From NCBI GenBank assembly GCA_049602735.1, contig JBMYRW010000007.1, positions 4,370-68,369 of the forward strand: a DNA stretch of 64,000 nt, written 5' to 3'. This DNA is from Thermoplasmatota archaeon (GTDB taxonomy: Archaea > Thermoplasmatota > E2 > JACPAO01 > JAHFTW01). The position numbers and the translations under genes were made by a program. Each line of letters starts with the position of its first letter. Position 1 is the stretch's first letter. The notes beneath the pieces were generated by a model. The model searched no databases and was not told the DNA's origin. It saw only the letters and a program-made list of their open reading frames with translations. Of this stretch, positions 59,290-64,000 are shown one piece after another.

Positions 59290-62200
59290 TCACCCTTCAG
59301 AGGGGACGGGCGGCTCCAACGGCACCCAAAACCAGAACGTGGCGCCTTGGTCGGGGCCGTCGCTGTCGACGCCGAGGCTGCCGCCGTGTTGCTCGATGAT
59401 GCCTTTGCAGATGTAAAGCCCGAGGCCGGTGCCGCTGGGGGCGTCGGGTTGGTGGGCGTGGGCCTGGCTGAACGGCTGGAACAGCTTCGCCTTCTGTTCG
59501 GGGCTCAGTCCGCGTCCTTCGTCGGTGAAGGTGACGCGAAGGCCGTCCTCCTCCTGGTGGCGTTCAGGCGCTGCTTCGATGGTGATGGTGCCACCGGGGG
59601 GGCTGAACTTGATGGCGTTGCTCAGGAGGTTGTCGAGCACTTGGCTCAGCCGCTCGGGGTCGGCCGTGAGTCCCAGGTCCTCGGGGGCGGTGAGGGTGAC
59701 GGTCACGTCCTGGCGTTCGGCCTGCACTTCGAAGCTCTGGATCGACGTCCGCGCCAGGCTGCCCAGGTCGGTGGGGCCGGGGCGCAATAGGAGGCGGTGG
59801 CTCTCCAGGCGGGCGACGTCGAGGAAGTCCCGGACGAGGTGGGCGAGGCGGTCGACGTTGCGGCCGACGATGGCCAGCGCGTGCTCTTGGCGGTCGTCCA
59901 GGTCGCCGAGGCGGCCGGAGCGCAGCAGGTGCAACTGCAGTTGCAAGGGCGTGAGGGGCGTGTTGAGTTCGTGGCTGGCCGTGTTGAGCAGGGCCGTCTT
60001 GAACCGGTCCATCTCCTGGAGCTTCTGGATCTCCAGGAGGCGCTCGAAGGCGATGCGGTCGGCCTCGGCGGCGGCGGCCCGTTCCGTGATGTCGCGGACG
60101 GCCGCCATCACTTGGGTGCCGCCGTCGGTCTTGATGGGGCTGAGGCTGATCTCCACGGGGAACTCGCTGCCGTCCTTGCGGCGGGCGCGCAGGTCGCTGC
60201 CGGCGCCCATGGGGCGCTTGCGGGGCTGGTCGCCGTAGCGCTTGCGGTGGCCCTTGTGGGCCGCGTGGTAGCGTTGCGGGATGATCGCCTCCACCTTCTG
60301 GCCCAGGAGCTCCTGGCGGTCGTAGCCAAAGAGCTGTTCCGCCTGTTCGTTGACGAGAACGATGGTCCCTTCTGGGTCGGCGAGCAGGAAGGCGTCGGGG
60401 GCGGACTCCAGGAGCGCCTCGAAGCGGAGTTCGGCGGTCTTCTGGTCGGTGACGTCCTGGGCGGTGCCCAGGAGGCGCGTGGGTCGTCCTTGGTCGTCCA
60501 CTTCGACGCGGCCGACGCTGTGCACCCAGCGCACCTCGCCGTCGGGGCGACGGATGCGGTGGTCAAGGGTGTAGGGGAGGTGGTCCTGCATCGCTTGCCC
60601 CACGGTCGCTTCCACGCGCTCCCGGTCGTCCGGGTGCAGCCGCTCCACGTAGGCTTCGTAGGTGGCGGCGAAGGCGTCGGGGGCCAGGCCGAAGAGGCGG
60701 TACAGTTCGTCGCTCCAACGGATGCTGTTGGCGCCAACGTCCCATTCCCAGCTGCCCACGCGGGCCACGGCCTGGGCTTCGGCGAGGCGTGTCTTGCTCT
60801 GCCGGAGTTCCTGGGTCATACGGTCGGCCATGTGGCGGGCCCGTTGCCCGGTGGTGGACGCCGTGGCGACGACGACGGTGAGCAGGATGGAGACGGCGCC
60901 GCCGGCGGCCAGGATGCCCCAGTGGACCAGGGATTCGGTGTCGCTGAGCAGGCCTGGCGGACGTTGCAGGGTGATGAGCCACGTGGTGCCGAACACGTCG
61001 GCCTGGAACGTGCGTGACGCGGCGGCGTCCGTGGTGGCTCCTGGGCCTTCGCTGCCGTACAGGAGGGCGCCGTCGTGGTGCACCTCGAGTTCCGGGCGAA
61101 GCGTCGTGCCTTCGAGGCGGTCCAGCATCGCCGCCATGAGGTCCGGGACCCGCAGGACGACCACGGCGTACCCCATCACGTCGAGCTGGCTGGTGCTGTG
61201 GGTGTGCACGGGCTGGACCAGGAGAAGGCCGGCGGCATCCTCCTGTTCCTGCACCAGGATGATGGGCCGGGTGGCGGCGATCTCGCCGGTCGCTGCGGCG
61301 CGTGTGAGGGCCTGGGCGCGGCGCTCCTCGAAGTAGAGGTCCAGCCCAAGGGCCGCCTCATTGCCTTCGAGAGGGGAGATGTAGGTGACCACGGCGTGCC
61401 GCGCAGCGCCGGGGCGCTCTGGGTGGACGGGGTGCCCCGTGCTGGCCACGTGATCGGCCAGTCCGTCGGGTCCAAGGTCGGTGGAATAGGAGATCGCCTG
61501 GATGCCGCTGTGCCGCTCGAGGATATGGGCATCCCGGACGTAGGCTTCGAAGGTGGCCGCATCGGCGCCGTCCGTGGCTGCCAGGAAACCAGCGGTCTGG
61601 GCTAGAAGGTCCTCGTAGGCCGCTAGTTCGCCGGCCAGACCCTCCTGTACGGCGGCGATATGCTGGTCGAAGCGCTCCTGGGCCAGCTCTTCCTCCAGGT
61701 CCTGGGCAAGGCCGCTGCCCAGCACCGTGGCGCCCGCCAGCGGCAGCAAGGTCACCAGGGCAATGGCGGAGGTGGTCCAGCCGTGGCGCCCTTGGACGCG
61801 GTCTTGGGCGGCGTGGCCGGACGTGGCCAACAGGGTGATCGCCGCCGTGGCCAGGAAGCCTTGCAACAGGAGAAGGCTCTCGTTAGGATCCAGGCGGACG
61901 AAGAGCCCGCGCCCTATGACGGTCCCGGCGATCGCGATGCCGGCCGTCGCCAACAACGAGGCCGAGCTGCCGGCCGGACCCAACCGCAGGGCAGGCCAGA
62001 TGAGGCCCGGCAACAGGACGAGGAGCCACGCCGGGTCCCGCTCGCCGGGCGGCAGGAAGAGTGCCGCTGCGACCAGGCCGTTGACCAGCATGGCGAAGGC
62101 GCCCCAGCCCCGTTGTTGGCAGCGGCTGTAGGACAACAGGAGCGGCGTCAACAGGAGGGCGCCGGCCGTGTCGCCCAGGGCCCACGTGAACCAGATGGAC

Positions 62201-62667
62201 GAGGCGGCCGACGCGGGTGCCAGGCCCCAGAACAGGAGGCTTGCGGTGCCGATGGACGCGCTGGCCACCGGTCCCAGGATGCCGGCTGCCGCCACGAACC
62301 GCAGGGCCTTGCCACCCGTCTCGAACGGCGTGGGCCCCGACCACCGACGCGCCAGGAGGCCACCCAGGAGCGCTTCCAGGGTGTTGCCGGCGGCGATCGC
62401 GAGACTGGACGGGATGTGGCCGGACGTGGTGAAGTTGACCAGGAACGCGCCCGCAAGGACGGCCGGCGCGACCCGGCGGCCCCACAGGAAGACCGCCGCG
62501 ATGGCAAAACCGGTGGGCGCCCACACGGGGGAGGCCTGGACGTGGCTGGTGGCCAACAGGAGGCTGGCCCTACCGAGGCCCCAGTAACCCAGGGCCAGGA
62601 GAAGGAGCCCCAAAGGCCGCACGGGCCAAGGGGTCCTGCTGCGGGCATCGCGCCCGTCCCCGTCCAT
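59290..62667 (-). CDS. Sensor histidine kinase: MASE1 - CHASE - 2x PAS - HisKA - HATPase
   Basis: MASE1 membrane domain (WAPTGFAIAAVFLWG...FLVNF), CHASE (ISYSTDL...VVTYISPLEGNEAALGLDLY), PAS (GSWEWDV...IRWSDELYRLFG and FEALLESAPDAFLLADPEG), H-box ASHELNTPL, and G-boxes GTGLGLYICKGIIEQHGG. The start is provisionally Met 62667. Confidence 0.85.
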   Translation of the reverse strand: MDGDGRDARSRTPWPVRPLGLLLLALGYWGLGRASLLLATSHVQASPVWAPTGFAIAAVFLWGRRVAPAVLAGAFLVNFTTSGHIPSSLAIAAGNTLEALLGGLLARRWSGPTPFETGGKALRFVAAAGILGPVASASIGTASLLFWGLAPASAASSIWFTWALGDTAGALLLTPLLLSYSRCQQRGWGAFAMLVNGLVAAALFLPPGERDPAWLLVLLPGLIWPALRLGPAGSSASLLATAGIAIAGTVIGRGLFVRLDPNESLLLLQGFLATAAITLLATSGHAAQDRVQGRHGWTTSAIALVTLLPLAGATVLGSGLAQDLEEELAQERFDQHIAAVQEGLAGELAAYEDLLAQTAGFLAATDGADAATFEAYVRDAHILERHSGIQAISYSTDLGPDGLADHVASTGHPVHPERPGAARHAVVTYISPLEGNEAALGLDLYFEERRAQALTRAAATGEIAATRPIILVQEQEDAAGLLLVQPVHTHSTSQLDVMGYAVVVLRVPDLMAAMLDRLEGTTLRPELEVHHDGALLYGSEGPGATTDAAASRTFQADVFGTTWLITLQRPPGLLSDTESLVHWGILAAGGAVSILLTVVVATASTTGQRARHMADRMTQELRQSKTRLAEAQAVARVGSWEWDVGANSIRWSDELYRLFGLAPDAFAATYEAYVERLHPDDRERVEATVGQAMQDHLPYTLDHRIRRPDGEVRWVHSVGRVEVDDQGRPTRLLGTAQDVTDQKTAELRFEALLESAPDAFLLADPEGTIVLVNEQAEQLFGYDRQELLGQKVEAIIPQRYHAAHKGHRKRYGDQPRKRPMGAGSDLRARRKDGSEFPVEISLSPIKTDGGTQVMAAVRDITERAAAAEADRIAFERLLEIQKLQEMDRFKTALLNTASHELNTPLTPLQLQLHLLRSGRLGDLDDRQEHALAIVGRNVDRLAHLVRDFLDVARLESHRLLLRPGPTDLGSLARTSIQSFEVQAERQDVTVTLTAPEDLGLTADPERLSQVLDNLLSNAIKFSPPGGTITIEAAPERHQEEDGLRVTFTDEGRGLSPEQKAKLFQPFSQAHAHQPDAPSGTGLGLYICKGIIEQHGGSLGVDSDGPDQGATFWFWVPLEPPVPSEG

Positions 62668-62794
62668 GCCTGTTGCTGCACGTACCACCTGAAGAGGCCC
62701 AGCAGGAAGGCCGGGGTCCGCTGGGGACAAAGGGGACAAGGGGGCATGCCCCCCGCCACGGTGGTTGAAGACCCGGAGGACTCCAGCAAGGTGC

Positions 62795-63310
62795 ATGTCC
62801 CTCACCCAAGCCGGCCAGCCAACGCGCCGCCTTCTGGTGGTGGATGATGAGCCGGACATCCTGGAATCCCTGCGCGACCTGTTGCAGGCGGGCCTCGACC
62901 ACGTCACCGTGGAGACGGCCGCCTCTGGCGCCCAGGCTCTGGAACTCCTGGAGCATCAACACTTCGCACTCCTGGTGAGCGACTTCAAGATGCCCGGCAT
63001 GGACGGGTTGGAGCTGCTGCGCCGGGCCAAGGACATGGCGCCCAAGGTGCCGCGGGTCCTCATGACGGCGTTCCCTGACCTCCAGATCGCCATCCGGGCG
63101 ATCAACGAGGCGGCCATCGAGAACTTCTTCACGAAGCCCTTGGACGCCGAGGAGGTCCTCAACAAGACCGCGGCGATCCTGGACCGCCGGCAGGCCGAGA
63201 TGCACCGTGACCGGGCGTTCGCCCGTGCCATGGAGCTCGCCAGCCACGGCGTCCACCATGACGACGACGGAGCCGACGAGAACGCCTCCAGCAAGGGAGG
63301 TGCCGCTTGA
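62795..63310 (+). CDS. CheY-like response regulator (receiver only, acidic tail)
   Basis: LLVVDDEPD, phospho-acceptor LLVSDFKMPGMDG, LMTAFPD and FTKP. Confidence 0.85.
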   Translation: MSLTQAGQPTRRLLVVDDEPDILESLRDLLQAGLDHVTVETAASGAQALELLEHQHFALLVSDFKMPGMDGLELLRRAKDMAPKVPRVLMTAFPDLQIAIRAINEAAIENFFTKPLDAEEVLNKTAAILDRRQAEMHRDRAFARAMELASHGVHHDDDGADENASSKGGAA

Positions 63311-63666
63311 CCACGACCGTGGAACTGCGGCGCGCCTGCCAGGACGTCCTGGACGACCTCGTGGCGGGCCGCGACGGCCTGCCTGCGTTGGAGGCCTGGC
63401 CCAGCAGCGCTGACGTGGACACCGTGGCCGCCATGTCGGCCGCCCTCTTTGGTGCCGCAGCCGCTTCCCTGGCCGAGTTCTCCGAGAACGGCGTCGAAGC
63501 GATCCTGGTGACGGCCGCCGGCCGGCGCCTCTCCGTGCTCGGCGTGGACGAAGAGCACGTGCTCTCCGTCGTGCTGCAACGGGAGGCGGAACTGGACCAC
63601 CTGGACCATTTGCTCGCCGATGGCCTGGACCGTCTGCGCCGCGAACTCGGAGCCGCCGAGGACTAA
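63307..63666 (+). CDS. Roadblock/LC7 (MglB-like) domain protein
   Basis: About 119 aa with the alpha-beta-alpha pattern typical of Roadblock/LC7 (...VLDDLVAG..G..A.......G.......D...VAAMSAALFGAA...). The TTG start overlaps the receiver stop. Confidence 0.45.
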   Translation: MTTTVELRRACQDVLDDLVAGRDGLPALEAWPSSADVDTVAAMSAALFGAAAASLAEFSENGVEAILVTAAGRRLSVLGVDEEHVLSVVLQREAELDHLDHLLADGLDRLRRELGAAED

Positions 63667-63667
63667 G

Positions 63668-64000
63668 ATGTTCGACGTGCCGGTGCTCGACCGCGACCTC
63701 GGGTCCCAGAAGGGCCCTGTCCTGCTGCGCCATGAACTGGGTGTGCGCGCCACGCCCTTCCTGGTCTCAGCGGCCGCGCGGCACCTGCAACGTGGCGGCC
63801 AGGTGGCCTGGTTGGCCACCGACCGACCCCCCACCCGGTTCCGCGACGAGGTGGCCGAAGCCGGCGCCGACGTGGAGCACCTTCTCCTGTTGGACGGCCA
63901 TGGCCCCCGCCACCATTGGCCGGACCCTGAGGCGACCCCGGTGCCCCTGGATGACGGAGCGCGCATGCTGCGGACCCTCGACGAGGTCCCCGGCGACGCC
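63668..64000 (+). CDS. KaiC/RecA-superfamily ATPase-like protein with degenerate Walker A (3'-truncated by window edge)
   Basis: MFDVPVLDRDLGSQKGPVLLRHELGVRATPFLVSAAARHLQRGGQVAWLATDRPPTRFRDEVAEAGADVEHL follows the KaiC-like pattern (GLD.LLGGG...G...L..G..G.GKT......F......GE...Y...EE). HELGVRAT sits where GxxGxGKT would be. The frame is open to the end of the window. Confidence 0.4.
   Translation, partial: MFDVPVLDRDLGSQKGPVLLRHELGVRATPFLVSAAARHLQRGGQVAWLATDRPPTRFRDEVAEAGADVEHLLLLDGHGPRHHWPDPEATPVPLDDGARMLRTLDEVPGDA

Noticed and set aside
1-64000. Mobile elements, prophage, integrase, toxin-antitoxin or known defence genes
   Set aside because: No transposase, integrase or nuclease-like motifs, terminal inverted repeats or tRNA-flanked direct repeats were recognised. 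The lower-GC family B segment has no mobility gene.

Overview
This is a high-GC, densely coding archaeal chromosome segment. Archaeal hallmarks include Rpo7/RpoE', Spt4, RpoN, S24e, S27ae, L18e, GatD/GatE, Elp3, Hel308 and Cgi121. Many genes overlap by 4 nt (ATGA/GTGA), GTG/TTG starts are frequent, and the long antisense ORFs in the track are GC artefacts. About 70 genes are supportable. They include information-processing operons (rpoE-spt4-ChaB-DUF359-S24e-S27ae and L18e-L13-S9-RpoN) and 2 tRNAs (Met-CAT, Arg-GCG). Metabolic genes include acyl-CoA dehydrogenase, a FadB-like fusion, an orphan E1 alpha, GcvT, LeuC/D, an IPMDH-family enzyme and TrkAH. There is also a large set of secreted proteins with acidic lipoboxes: a multicopper oxidase, two CocE/NonD peptidases, two LVIVD beta-propellers and a NosD-like beta-helix. 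Most interesting findings: (i) A same-strand cluster at 18.3-24.7 kb: ABC exporter, an unannotated 36-aa acidic Ser/Thr-rich peptide, TldD, PmbA, and a Ser/Thr kinase with a PqqD(RRE)-like N-terminal domain. It reads like a novel RiPP-type peptide maturation and export system. (ii) An island at 10.2-13.7 kb with two unrelated families of tandemly triplicated small secreted 4-Cys proteins flanking an asparaginase-II-family gene. The second family sits in visibly lower-GC DNA, with a conserved GGTTC/GAACC-type inverted repeat upstream of each copy. (iii) A third pair of small secreted paralogs bracketing maf. (iv) A ~640-bp non-coding gap (8.1-8.7 kb) with a 47-nt direct repeat and a minus-strand hairpin plus T-run. 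(v) A MASE1-CHASE-PAS histidine kinase divergent from a receiver / Roadblock / degenerate KaiC-like operon at the window end. No rRNA, CRISPR array or mobile element was seen. All family assignments rest on motif recognition by eye; no database search was run.
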